Assembly (NCBI GenBank): GCA_963700285.1
Contig: CAVOXA010000010.1
Span: forward strand, 2,080,001-2,144,000
Direction of reading: 5' to 3'
Length of the DNA stretch: 64,000 nucleotides
Origin: an uncultured Chloroflexia bacterium
GTDB lineage: Bacteria > Chloroflexota > Anaerolineae > JAAYZQ01
The notes under the pieces are model-generated. The model saw only the letters and a program-made list of their open reading frames with translations, searched no databases and was not told where the DNA came from. Positions 1 through 9,590 of this stretch are shown in pieces. Each line of letters starts with the position of its first letter. Positions within the stretch are counted from its first letter, which is position 1. A program made the position numbers and the translations under genes.

Positions 1-1
1 T

Positions 2-1159
2 CTCCCGAAAGCCAATATGGCGACTGCGCACACGCTGCGGCTTGATCTCCAGGGCCACAGGGACCAACGAGAGAACGTCGCTCAAGTTCAGATCCGTCTG
101 AAAAGCATCCGCTAGGGCTGACCAGAGTTGCGGGATCTTGGGGATAATCTCAGGACTCTTGGTCTGAGCCCAGAGTACCCTGAGGAATTGCTGTTGGCGG
201 CGAGCACGGTCAAAATCGGTGCCATCTCGACGAGTTCGGACGTAGCGCAAAGCCGTGTCCCCGTCCATGTGGTAGACGCCAGCTTCCAGCATCCGCTCCT
301 CTTGATTAGGGTCATTGGGGTCCGGAGCCCTATAGCGCAGATTGACCGGACAGGCCACGGCCAACTCTACTCCTCCTAGCTCATCCACGACCCGCGTGAA
401 GCCTTGAAAATCTACCCTTGCCCAGTGGTTTAGAGGGATGCCAAGATTGGCTTCCACTGTACGCATCAGCAAGGCAGGTCCATTCCCAGGGTAGTCGATG
501 GTGTGTCCCCACTTGTGTGCCTGGTTGATACGGTCCCAGCCACGGGTGGGGATATAGACCCATAAATCTCTGGGGATGGACAGCATTGACACCTGCTTGG
601 TGGCCTTGTTGACGCTTACGACTATGAGCGTGTCAGTATTCTGTGACTTTAGATTCCTGGCCGAGTCCACGCCGATGAGCAGGATGTTGACCACGTCCTC
701 CGGAGCAGCAACTATGGCCACTGGCGTCGGGGTAAGTGCTGGGGTTGGGCTCGCTGTTGGAGTGAGGGATGCGGTTGGGCTGAGCGGCAGGGGGGTAGCC
801 ATCGATGTTGCCGTAGCAGTAGGGAGAGCCGTCAATGTCTTGGTTGCTGCAGGTGTCGCCGCGCCAGCAGCAGGCAATGTGGCCAATGGGACCGTGGCGC
901 GAGGTGTGGGGGTGGGAGACGAACTGGGAAACGGGCTGCTGGTTGTGCTACCCGCAGGTTGGGAGGCGAGGGTCACAGGCTCTGGGGCAGGATCGGCGCC
1001 ACAACCCAGCAGCGTGCTCGCGAGCAGCAGTAAAAAACTGACTGCGAGCAGCCATCTGCCGCGTTGGCACGCCCTACTGCATGTCTCCCGTCGCCTGTTG
1101 CCTGGTGCTTTGCCAAAACCCGGTCTCGGAAGTGTAGCAAATCGGAATATCATGTGCAT
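2..1159 (-). CDS. LCP (LytR-CpsA-Psr) family lipoprotein with Pro/Thr-rich linker; 3' end runs off the window
   Basis: Manual translation (absent from the ORF track). Lipobox-like LLGC, P/T/A-rich linker, then VNILLIGVD..NTDTLIVVSVN..VSMLSIPRDLWV..RINQAH..VDFQGF..LGGV..ALRYVRTR..DFDRARRQQ, the LCP signature. Confidence 0.9.
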   Translation of the reverse strand, partial: MHMIFRFATLPRPGFGKAPGNRRRETCSRACQRGRWLLAVSFLLLLASTLLGCGADPAPEPVTLASQPAGSTTSSPFPSSSPTPTPRATVPLATLPAAGAATPAATKTLTALPTATATSMATPLPLSPTASLTPTASPTPALTPTPVAIVAAPEDVVNILLIGVDSARNLKSQNTDTLIVVSVNKATKQVSMLSIPRDLWVYIPTRGWDRINQAHKWGHTIDYPGNGPALLMRTVEANLGIPLNHWARVDFQGFTRVVDELGGVELAVACPVNLRYRAPDPNDPNQEERMLEAGVYHMDGDTALRYVRTRRDGTDFDRARRQQQFLRVLWAQTKSPEIIPKIPQLWSALADAFQTDLNLSDVLSLVPVALEIKPQRVRSRHIGFRE

Positions 1160-1164
1160 CGACG

Positions 1165-2613
1165 TCACTTTCCAATACAAAATCTGCCAAAGATGGTCTC
1201 CAAAAGGTCTTCACTGGCGGTCTGGCCCGTAATCTCACCCAGGGCATTCACAGCGGCCGTCACGTCGATGGCCAGCATGTCGGTCAACTGGCCCGCATCG
1301 TAACCTGCCCGCGCACCGTTCACATGGTCAAGGGCCTCGTTCAGTGCCTGTTTGTGCCGGGGGCTGGTAACCAATGGTGCTTCACTTGCCGGTATCTGGC
1401 CTGAAAGTACAGTCTCGACGATGGCTGCCTCCAGCTTCTCCAGCCCCTCACCCGTACGTGCTGAGATGGGAACGCAGCAGGCATCCAGGACTGCGCACTG
1501 TGGCTGGAACTCGCATCCCAGGGCTTCGGCAACAGTGCCAATGTCCGTGTTGGGGCGCCAGTTGTCCTCCAGTAGATCGATCTTGTTCAGGACGACGATT
1601 GCCGGCTTGTTGCCTACCAGAGCCGCGATGTCATGATCCGCAGGGCTTAGCGGCTGGCTGGCATCAACGACCAGCAAGGCCAGGTCAGCCTGAGCGAGAG
1701 CTACCCGGCTCCGTTCTATGCCCAAGCGCTCGACGGGATCTTGGGCCTCGGCTTTGATGCCGGCTGTGTCCACCAGTACAACGGGTATGCCCTGCAAGCT
1801 GAGCGTCTCTTCCAGCGTGTCGCGAGTCGTGCCGGGGATATCGGTGACGATGGCGCGGCCGGTACGCAACAACTGGTTCAGCAAGCTCGACTTGCCGACG
1901 TTGGGCCGGCCAGCGATGGCGGCACGTACTCCCTGCCGGTAGATGATCCCGCGATCGGCCTCGGCCACAAGACGCTGCAAGCTGGCGCTGGCGTCACTCA
2001 GGCCGGAGCCAATGTCTTGTTCTGGGATCTCGTCTTCCACGAAATCGATAGTGGCTTCCAGGTAGGCCAGGATGTCTACCAGCACGGCCCGTACCGACCG
2101 CACCCGATCCGAGAGGCGACCGCCCAACTGCCCTACCGCTGCCTGCAAGGCTACCTCAGTTCTGGCTTGTACTACATCCAGAACTGCTTCGGCCTGTGCC
2201 AGATCCAGACGGCCATTGAGAAAAGCCCGCGCGGTAAACTCTCCCGGCTCTGCCAGGCGAGCGCCCTGTTGCAGGCAGAGGGCCTGAATACGCCGCAGCG
2301 CCACAAAGCCGCCATGCCCATGGATCTCGACCACGTCCTGACGTGTGTAGGTGCGGGGGGCGGGCATATGTACGGCCAAGACCTCGTCGACTCGCGCAGC
2401 GGTACCCGGCTCTACGATGTGACCATAGTGCAGCGTGCGAGGCTGCGGGCCAGGGGCTGCATGGTGATTGTCGGACCATCGAGATCCAGAGCCGAGGACA
2501 AACACGCGGAGGAGGATCTCCACGGCTTCAGGCCCTGTCATCCGTACGATACCGATCCCCCCTTCACCCAAGGCAGTAGAGATGGCAACGATGGTGTCGT
2601 CTAGGCTAACCAT
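1165..2613 (-). CDS. mnmE: tRNA modification GTPase MnmE (TrmE)
   Basis: DTIVAISTALGEGGIGIVR, GRPNVGKSS, IPGTTRD, DTAG, NKID and C-terminal FCIGK. Confidence 0.98.
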   Translation of the reverse strand: MVSLDDTIVAISTALGEGGIGIVRMTGPEAVEILLRVFVLGSGSRWSDNHHAAPGPQPRTLHYGHIVEPGTAARVDEVLAVHMPAPRTYTRQDVVEIHGHGGFVALRRIQALCLQQGARLAEPGEFTARAFLNGRLDLAQAEAVLDVVQARTEVALQAAVGQLGGRLSDRVRSVRAVLVDILAYLEATIDFVEDEIPEQDIGSGLSDASASLQRLVAEADRGIIYRQGVRAAIAGRPNVGKSSLLNQLLRTGRAIVTDIPGTTRDTLEETLSLQGIPVVLVDTAGIKAEAQDPVERLGIERSRVALAQADLALLVVDASQPLSPADHDIAALVGNKPAIVVLNKIDLLEDNWRPNTDIGTVAEALGCEFQPQCAVLDACCVPISARTGEGLEKLEAAIVETVLSGQIPASEAPLVTSPRHKQALNEALDHVNGARAGYDAGQLTDMLAIDVTAAVNALGEITGQTASEDLLETIFGRFCIGK

Positions 2614-2629
2614 AGCTTTTCACGCGGGG

Positions 2630-3949
2630 TCAGACCAGGGGAATCGCTTGCGCATAGGGTCTGGTCAGGGCCAGGGCCAGATCATCGCCTTCCCGTATCA
2701 GGTAGGTGGGTATCCCACTGACGGCCAATTCAGTAACCAGTTCCTCGTTGCTGCGTGGGTGTCCGAAAGAATGAGGATCCAGGAGAACCGCGATGGGCTT
2801 CACCCCGCGCTGACCCATATCTCGTGCCGCAGCGATCCAGTAGTTCTGTTCCGTGGGGGTGACAACGATGACTGTCGTATTGCGCCGCAGGCGCATGCCT
2901 TCGGCGGTGATGATTTCCGCCAGAGGGATGCGGCCCTCGCCGCGGATCACGGCCAAAGTTTCCAGGATTTTGGTCAACTGCCGCTCCCCTCGGTCTGCTG
3001 GAATGACCTCGCGGTGATGGCTGTATGCGATGAATCCTACGGCGCGATCGCGGGCAATAAAGTGCTTGGCCAATGAAGCGACGATGGTCACGCCGTATTC
3101 GACGGTAGATGGTATAAGAGCGAGTTCAGGCCCGGCCTCCCAGGGAAGCCGTGGCTCGCGCTCTGCTGCCAGTCTGGCCCAGGTCAACTCGGCCTGAGCA
3201 GCGCGTTCCAGGTCAAGGATAATCCAGATATCGGCAGTCGGATCGAGTTCGAACTCTTTTGAGATCAGCCGGCCTGTGCGAGCAGTAGACGGCCAGTGTA
3301 TGCGGCTAAAGCTATCGCCTGGTGCATAATCGCGTACCCCGGAGACGTTGGTCGTGACAAAGGGTGTGCGGCGCTGCATTGTGTCCCCTCCGGGCAGAAA
3401 TCCAACCAGCGGAGCAAAGATGGGAACGTCAATTGTCGCGGGATATACGATGAATCGTCTTGCCGGCAGTTCTTCTACCTGGCGCGTCGTTCGAAAGAGG
3501 CCAAAGGGGTCCCCGCTGCTCAGGGTCAACGGGCCGAGCGTGAAACGCCCGCGTTGCAGGCAGCGGGTCTTGACCGTCCAGGTATGCATCCGTCGGGGCG
3601 CAAGGGGACTGATCACCCGACTCACATGGTGTTGGGGCAGCGTTGAACTATCGCGTACTTCTAACCACAGCTTTGGAAAGATGCCCCGGTTGCGGACCAA
3701 CAAGCGTTCTTCTGCCAGCTTTCCTACCTGGGAGCGGCCGGTTCTGGAGTATCGCTCTACCTGTACCCACCGAGTGCCGGTCCAGGCCCACAAGAAGGAA
3801 AAGACGACCACTGCCGTCAGAACATACCACAGATTGTAGAGCATCTCGCGGCCGGTGGCAATGGCCCCTACAGCCACCGCCAGCCAAAGCAGGAGCACGA
3901 TGTGATTGCGTTTCAATTTGATCCTACCTTTGGGAGTCTGTTCCGACAC
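2630..3949 (-). CDS. DUF58 domain membrane protein
   Basis: N-terminal TM helices; RGRFTLGP..GDPFGLF, VRDYAPGDSFSRIHWPSTAR..KEFE motifs. Confidence 0.88.
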   Translation of the reverse strand: MSEQTPKGRIKLKRNHIVLLLWLAVAVGAIATGREMLYNLWYVLTAVVVFSFLWAWTGTRWVQVERYSRTGRSQVGKLAEERLLVRNRGIFPKLWLEVRDSSTLPQHHVSRVISPLAPRRMHTWTVKTRCLQRGRFTLGPLTLSSGDPFGLFRTTRQVEELPARRFIVYPATIDVPIFAPLVGFLPGGDTMQRRTPFVTTNVSGVRDYAPGDSFSRIHWPSTARTGRLISKEFELDPTADIWIILDLERAAQAELTWARLAAEREPRLPWEAGPELALIPSTVEYGVTIVASLAKHFIARDRAVGFIAYSHHREVIPADRGERQLTKILETLAVIRGEGRIPLAEIITAEGMRLRRNTTVIVVTPTEQNYWIAAARDMGQRGVKPIAVLLDPHSFGHPRSNEELVTELAVSGIPTYLIREGDDLALALTRPYAQAIPLV

Positions 3950-3985
3950 GCTGCCAACGGCCAGGACTGCAGGCTGGCGGCTGGC

Positions 3986-4033
3986 CTTGTTGGCAACAAC
4001 CCCGCTGCCAGGAGCGGGGTTGTTGCCAACAAG
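3986..4033. repeat. Perfect 21-bp inverted repeat (hairpin) between jag and DUF58
   Basis: CTTGTTGGCAACAACCCCGCT-gccagg-AGCGGGGTTGTTGCCAACAAG. Confidence 0.85.
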
Positions 4034-4119
4034 CGTTGGGTTCGTTGCACCAGTTGAGTCTCCACAATGACTGCCTGCCTCTGCGTCAGGTCAGACCTGA
4101 GGCCAGGCCTGCCGCGTCA

Positions 4120-4909
4120 TCAGGCAGGGATGATAGTCACCTTTCTCCGCTCACCCTCGCCCACGCTGCGGGTGGTGACGGTCGGATTCTTACGGAGGGC
4201 GATGTGCACCAGCCGTCGCTCATATGCAGGCATCGGTTCCAGGGCCTGTGCGCGCCCTTCTCTCGCGACCCGTTCAGCCATGCGCTGAGCCAGGTTCTCC
4301 AAGGTCTGGCGCCTTCGTACCCGGTACTGCTCCACGTCAACGACCAAGTTGGTCCAGTGTTTCGTCTGATGGCTAATCATCAAACGGATCAGGTACTGCA
4401 ATGCCCTCAAGGTCTCGCCCCGCCGGCCAATCAGAATTCCCAGATCGTCGCCAGTAATGTTCAAGACGACGGGGGGATCTTCGCCTTCGTCGGCCAGCTC
4501 AGGAACCAGGCTTGCCTCTACGGTGGCGGACACTCCCATGCGCTCCAAGATCTCGATCAGGTACTGCTGGCCGAACCACTCCGGAGTCCCCTCAGAGACT
4601 ACTGGCCCCTGGATCTCTGGCGATTCTGCAACGAGTATGGGGGCTTCCGGTTCCTCCACCGGCGGTGAAGGCGGCAATGGTGCTGGAGCAGGTTGGGGAG
4701 GCTTGGGCCGGCTAGGCAGCTTGACCAGAAGTTGCACCCGGGCGTTTTCTGCACCAAAGCCGAGGACGCCGCGACTGCCTTCGCTCAAGATCGTCTACGT
4801 CCACCTGGTCGCGACGGACCCCCAGCATCCCCAGACCGTTGGCGATGGCATTGTCAACCGTCTTACCGTTTGCGACGACGCTTCTTCTTGCTTCGTTTGT
4901 TGCTTCCAC
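4120..4909 (-). CDS. jag: Jag/EloR (KhpB) RNA-binding protein; frameshift near 4790
   Basis: Jag_N (GKTVDNAIANGL) in one frame continues as EGSRGVLGFG in another; KH (LIGRRGETLRALQY) and R3H (ERRLVH) domains; follows yidC. Confidence 0.92.
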
Positions 4910-5769
4910 TTTGGGTTCCCTTCTGACTCGTGGCTGGCTGGGTCTGTTTGGCGGCTTCAGCCTGGGAGGGGGCAGGCTTCTGCCCAAAGGGCAGCAGGCT
5001 ACCCAGGTTGACGTCCTTCCAAAACAGCAGTCCTTCCCAGCCGGAGATAAAGCCCTGGGTGATGATGCCGATGACGTTGGAAACGATAAAGTAGAACGAG
5101 AGACCCGTGGCAAAGTTCAAACTAAAAAAGCCGAACATCAAGGGCATCATCATCGTCATGCTCTGGCCCATGCCCGCTGCCTGGCCATCACCACCGGTCG
5201 CGCCCGTTGTCGTCATCTTGGACTGGATCCAGGAGGTGAAAGCCACCAGGACGGGTAGCGCGTAGGTCAGCCCTCCCAACTGCTGGGGCGTCAGGGCCAG
5301 ATCCATTCCCAAGAAATAGCGATTCAGGGGTACCTCTGACCCACAGCGCTGCGAGAAAGGGGTAGATGTTCTTTGACAACCCCAAGAGCTGCAATGGCTG
5401 GTAGCCCAGGGCCTGGATGATGGACTGGTACAGTCCGATCCAGATGGGAAACTGGACCAACATGGGCAGGCAGCCACCCATGGGATTGACGCCAGCTTCC
5501 TTGTAGAGCTTCATCTGCTCCTGGGACATCTGCTCCCGGTCTTTGCCGTACTTTTTCTGCAACTCTTCCAGCTGGGGCTGGATCTCTTGCATTTTTTTAG
5601 CCGAACGCTGCTGGGGCAGCATCAGCGGCGTCATCAAGCCGCGGATGACGACAGTAAAGACAATGATGGCCAGCCAAAACTGAGCCCATAGCACGCTATA
5701 AAGCCCCAGCAGTGCATTGAGCATGGGCTGCAGAATGAACGTGGTCCAAATATCAGTAATACCAGCCAA
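4863..5769 (-). CDS. yidC: Membrane protein insertase YidC/Oxa1; frameshift near 5340
   Basis: AIIVFTVVIR, KMQEIQPQ..KLYKEAGVNPMGGCLPMLVQFPIWIGLY; C-terminal half GLSFYFIVSN lies in a second frame. Confidence 0.93.
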
Positions 5770-5851
5770 AGAATCCTCCTAGCGTCGGGCAACCCGGAGC
5801 CAGACTTGCCCAGATCGTACCCATCTCAACCAGATCGTGCCAGCGGCGAGT

Positions 5852-7022
5852 TCACTTGCTTTCTGGCGGTGTAAATGTCCATGCTCGGGCCCCATTCTCC
5901 GCTTCCAGGGCCTGGACCTGTCCGTCCATCAAGACCACGTAGACCATGTCTTCCGAGGCGACGGGCGTCGTAAGTATGTCGGACTCTGGCGTGCCGCTGG
6001 GCCAATTCCACTGCCGTACCGAATCCAGCACAGCGGTTACTTCCCCCGATTCTGCGGCGATGACGATGGATCCGCCTGCCTCGATAGGCCCGGCCCGGAT
6101 CACTGTATCCTTGCAGCGCCCGTTGTCCTCCATGACGGTGCCGCAGTAGGACCAGATTTCCGCACCATTCGCCGGGTCCAGGGCGTAGAGGTTGCCGTCG
6201 AGGGACGTAACAAAAATCTGATCGCCAAGGGCAAGTACCTCTGACCAGATCCAATTGCTCGCCTCGAAACCAAAGCCCTCCACCAGTTCTCCCGACTCGG
6301 CCTTGATGGCATAAAGCTGGCCATCAAAAGCACCGACATAGAGGATGCCTTCCTCCATGACCAAGGTTGGCGGTACGGCCATGGCTCCGCCCACCTGGCT
6401 CGTCCAGATCACCTCACCGGTTTCCGCATCGAGGCAGTAGACGTGGTGGTCCATCGCGGCTACATAGACACGCCCGTCGATGACCAAAGGTGTGGCCCAG
6501 ATAGCGTCTTGCGCCTGACAGGCCAACTCTCCCTTGTCATCGCGAGGAGGCCAGCCTGGCTTCAATTGCCTGGTGCTCTACATCGGCCGCGTATACGCAC
6601 CCATTCGACGCGCCAAAGTAGACCACGCCATCGGCATAGAAGGGGGCGGGCAAGATCAAGCTCTCAATGCCAACCTCCCACTGTTCCTGGCCTGTTTCTG
6701 GGTCAAAAGCATAAAGGGCCGCGGATTCAGTATCGGAGGTGGTGTACCCGACGAAGGCCAGACCCTCGCCCACCGTGACCGGGCTCCACCAGATTGCCCC
6801 CTTTGGTTCCGCGGCCGGTGAAAAAGTCCCCTTCACGGTACCGTTGCCGGCGTCCAGCATATAGACTTGCTGTGGCGTGCCGCTGATGGCATAGATCGTG
6901 TCATCGGCCAGCGTCAGACCGGGCCAGTTCTGTGCGACCGGCGTTCCGCCACAGCCTGAGAGAATGATGCTCAGAAGGAGCAGCGCCACTGCTGCTCCCA
7001 ACATACGACTCCGTTGAGTCAA
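5852..7022 (-). CDS. PQQ-like (BamB-type) beta-propeller lipoprotein; frameshift near 6570
   Basis: Lipobox LSGC; repeated blades LYAFDPETGQEQW, VYCLDAETGEVIW, LYALDPANGAEIW across ORFs 6537-7022 and 5852-6565. Confidence 0.87.
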
Positions 7023-7079
7023 ATCAACGCCTCCTTGTAGACCACATCTCGAATCCGGAATGCAAGCCGTTGTCTTTTG

Positions 7080-7289
7080 TTACGGGACGGGATCATAGCC
7101 CCCGGGATTGAAGGGCTGGCAGCGTGCCACTCGCTTCAAGGCCAGCCAGCCGCCCTTGAGCGCCCCGTACTTGCTGACGGCCTCGTAACCATAGGCGGAA
7201 CATGAGGGGGTGAAACGGCAGGAAGGAGGCAAAAGCTTGGAAAAGGTCATTTGCCACAGGCGTATCAAACCCATCAATAGATATTTCAT
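7080..7289 (-). CDS. yidD: Membrane protein insertion efficiency factor YidD
   Basis: [31 protein letters not shown]. Confidence 0.97.
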   Translation of the reverse strand: MKYLLMGLIRLWQMTFSKLLPPSCRFTPSCSAYGYEAVSKYGALKGGWLALKRVARCQPFNPGGYDPVP

Positions 7290-7636
7290 GCTGCCTCGCT
7301 CGCCAACCCTGCCCGACGCAACAACAGGCCGATGGCCTCATCGACCTGGTGGAAAGATGCATTTGCCATGGGATGCCGGGCAATGAAAACGACATCCCAC
7401 CCCGCAGCAAGCTCGTCCCTTTTGATCCTCACCCGCACCGACTCACGCATCCGGCGCTTGATCCGGTTCCTGTCTACCGCTTTTCCAATCCGCCGCCCAA
7501 CGACAAAACCAAAACGACTGTGGTCCAAGTCATTGGACAATACCGCCATCACCAGCAAGGACTGGGCAAAGGATCTGCCATCACGCCTGATGCGCTGAAA
7601 GTCGGCATTCGCTCGCAGACGGTACTTTCTGCGCAC
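7286..7636 (-). CDS. rnpA: Ribonuclease P protein component
   Basis: [25 protein letters not shown] (RNR motif); lies between rpmH and yidD. Confidence 0.97.
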   Translation of the reverse strand: MRRKYRLRANADFQRIRRDGRSFAQSLLVMAVLSNDLDHSRFGFVVGRRIGKAVDRNRIKRRMRESVRVRIKRDELAAGWDVVFIARHPMANASFHQVDEAIGLLLRRAGLASEAA

Positions 7637-7667
7637 CTACATAATCCGTGGTCGACGGCTGGCGACC

Positions 7668-7805
7668 TTACACGGATACTTTGTGGCGCCCCTTGAGACG
7701 CCTTGATTTGAGGACTCTGCGGCCCCCTTTGGTCGACATCCGCTCTCGAAAACCGTGCTTCCGCTTGCGGCGGCGCACCTTGGGCTGCCAAGTTCGTTTT
7801 GGCAT
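7668..7805 (-). CDS. rpmH: 50S ribosomal protein L34
   Basis: [45 protein letters not shown] with a GAGG RBS. Confidence 0.98.
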   Translation of the reverse strand: MPKRTWQPKVRRRKRKHGFRERMSTKGGRRVLKSRRLKGRHKVSV

Positions 7806-7839
7806 TTTACTACCTCTCTGGTCAGATTCACAGAAGAGG

Positions 7840-7868
7840 ATTATACCCCCTTTTCGCCAGGCCTGCAA
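7840..7868 (-). promoter_or_regulatory. Sigma70-type promoter of the rpmH operon
   Basis: TTGCAG-17 nt-TATAAT on the minus strand. Confidence 0.7.
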
Positions 7869-8102
7869 ATTGTACAAAGCCGACGGGGCAGTGGGGCTTT
7901 TTACTGTCTCAGTATCTCACTGTCCCGGTGCGTGCCCTCCTGCCAACGTTCCCCGCATTCGACGGATCGGAGCCGGCATCGGTTAGGAGACGGGCCTCGG
8001 CGGACCAAGACGCCGCTGCTCGTCATAGGCGGCCAATCCAGTACTCCCCGCGGACCATGATTTGTGGCTGCCCGGGCAGCGGAGGTGGCCTGGGCGCAGA
8101 TC

Positions 8103-8213
8103 GCCGGACTGTGGTCCGGCTAGAGCAAGACTGTGTGAAAACTCACTCACCAGCTCCAGGCGGACCACAGTCCGCCGATTCGTGCATGCAGGTGCTGGAC
8201 TGTGGTCCAGCAC
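8103..8213. repeat. Three REP-like hairpins with core GGAC-TGTG-GTCC (+,-,+)
   Basis: GCCGGAC-TGTG-GTCCGGC (8103-8120), GGCGGAC-CACA-GTCCGCC (8159-8176), GTGCTGGAC-TGTG-GTCCAGCAC (8192-8213). Confidence 0.8.
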
Positions 8214-8549
8214 GAGCGTTTTCGTACAGGCTCGAGCGAAATGTGGATGTGCCAGAGCGAAATATAGACGTACTCGGGCGCCCTTACGGGATACTGGGGG
8301 GCTTTCCCGGTAAAAATGGGGTGTTTTCCAGCCAAAAGGTAGGGTTTTACCCCATAGACAAAGGCTCGAAAGTATGGAATAATAGAGATAGCCATGGACA
8401 CTGGGCACTCTGCCAGGTGCCATCAGACAAGGCTAAGTGCGTCCTATACCGCAGCCCCACCATGGAGGAACTGAGGAGACAGTCATGAGCGCGACAATCG
8501 GGTACCTGTACGCCTGGGCATGCCGGTACCCAGGTCCAGAGTCTCTGAG

Positions 8550-9536
8550 ATGAGCAACCCAACGGACAGCCTGGCGCTGTTCGCTCGCACGGGGGATGGT
8601 GTCTGGGCCGTGGACGCGAACTGCCGCATCGTGCTGTGGAACCGGGCGGCGGAGGAACTGCTGGGCTATACAGCCGACCAGGCCCTGGGCCAGCGCTGCC
8701 ACGATCTGCTCCGGGGCCGGGACCTGGAAGGGAAGCCCTTCTGTGCCGAGCGTTGCTCCGCCACAGTGCGCGTGGAGCAACGGCAGGACGTGGACGCCTT
8801 TGACGTCCAGGTCCGATCGGCCAGCGGCCGGGTACGCGCCATCAACGTCAGTGTCATCGCAGTTCCAGAGGAGGCCGGCGGCCACACGCTGGTACACCTT
8901 TTTCGCCCACTGGGCGAGGAGGGCGGGAGGCCGCTGGGCCTGCGCATCCGCCTTCTGGGCCCTGTGGCCGTGGAGCGTACCGATGGGCCCCAGGTGGGTG
9001 GACCCCTGTGGCGCCGGGCGAAGGTGAGGGGCCTGCTTTCGTACCTGGCCCTGCGGCAGGGACGGCCGGTGCGTCGCGAGGAGCTTCTGGAGACCCTGTG
9101 GCCGGACCTGGAGCGCGATGCAGTCCTGCACAACCTCAACACCACCGTCTACGGGCTGCGCCACAGCCTGGAGCTGGGGCGGGGGGCGGATTCTGGCTAC
9201 ATCCACTACGAGGGCGATTGTTACCTGCTCAGCGCCGACCATGTCCACTGGCTGGACATGGATGCCTTTGAGGCTGGGATCGCGCGCGCCCGCAGGCAGA
9301 GCCAACCGGACCTGGCGCAGACGCTGTACCGGGAAGCGCTGGCCCTGTACCGAGGCGATTTCCTGGCCGACCTGGACCCGGACTTGGTGGGTGCGTGGGC
9401 GGAGCGGGAGCGGCTGCGCCAGCTCTACCTGAACGCGATGGAGGAACTGGGCGCGCTGTGCGAGGGGCAGGATCAGGAGGGGGCGGCGGCGGTCCCTCTG
9501 TACCGCGGGCAGCCAGCAGATCGCCATAGGTCCTGA
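8550..9536 (+). CDS. PAS + winged-helix + BTAD (SARP-type) transcriptional regulator; C-terminus apparently truncated
   Basis: PAS (DGVWAVD..WNRAAEELLGY), LRIRLLGP, LLSYLAL..REELLETLWPD, BTAD (ALALYRGDFLAD..ERERLRQLY); degenerates after about 9500. Confidence 0.85.
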   Translation: MSNPTDSLALFARTGDGVWAVDANCRIVLWNRAAEELLGYTADQALGQRCHDLLRGRDLEGKPFCAERCSATVRVEQRQDVDAFDVQVRSASGRVRAINVSVIAVPEEAGGHTLVHLFRPLGEEGGRPLGLRIRLLGPVAVERTDGPQVGGPLWRRAKVRGLLSYLALRQGRPVRREELLETLWPDLERDAVLHNLNTTVYGLRHSLELGRGADSGYIHYEGDCYLLSADHVHWLDMDAFEAGIARARRQSQPDLAQTLYREALALYRGDFLADLDPDLVGAWAERERLRQLYLNAMEELGALCEGQDQEGAAAVPLYRGQPADRHRS

Positions 9537-9590
9537 CGGCAGCGTGTCCCCCTGTGGCGCCCGGCGTTTGCCAGCAGGGAACATACGCCA

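Noticed and set aside
4700-6600. Programmed frameshifting in jag, yidC and the propeller gene
   Set aside because: No slippery-site or stimulator pattern was evident, and indels are pervasive across the window.
7799-8488. 229-aa and other ORFs in the rpmH upstream spacer
   Set aside because: They overlap the promoter and hairpins, have atypical composition and show no family motifs.
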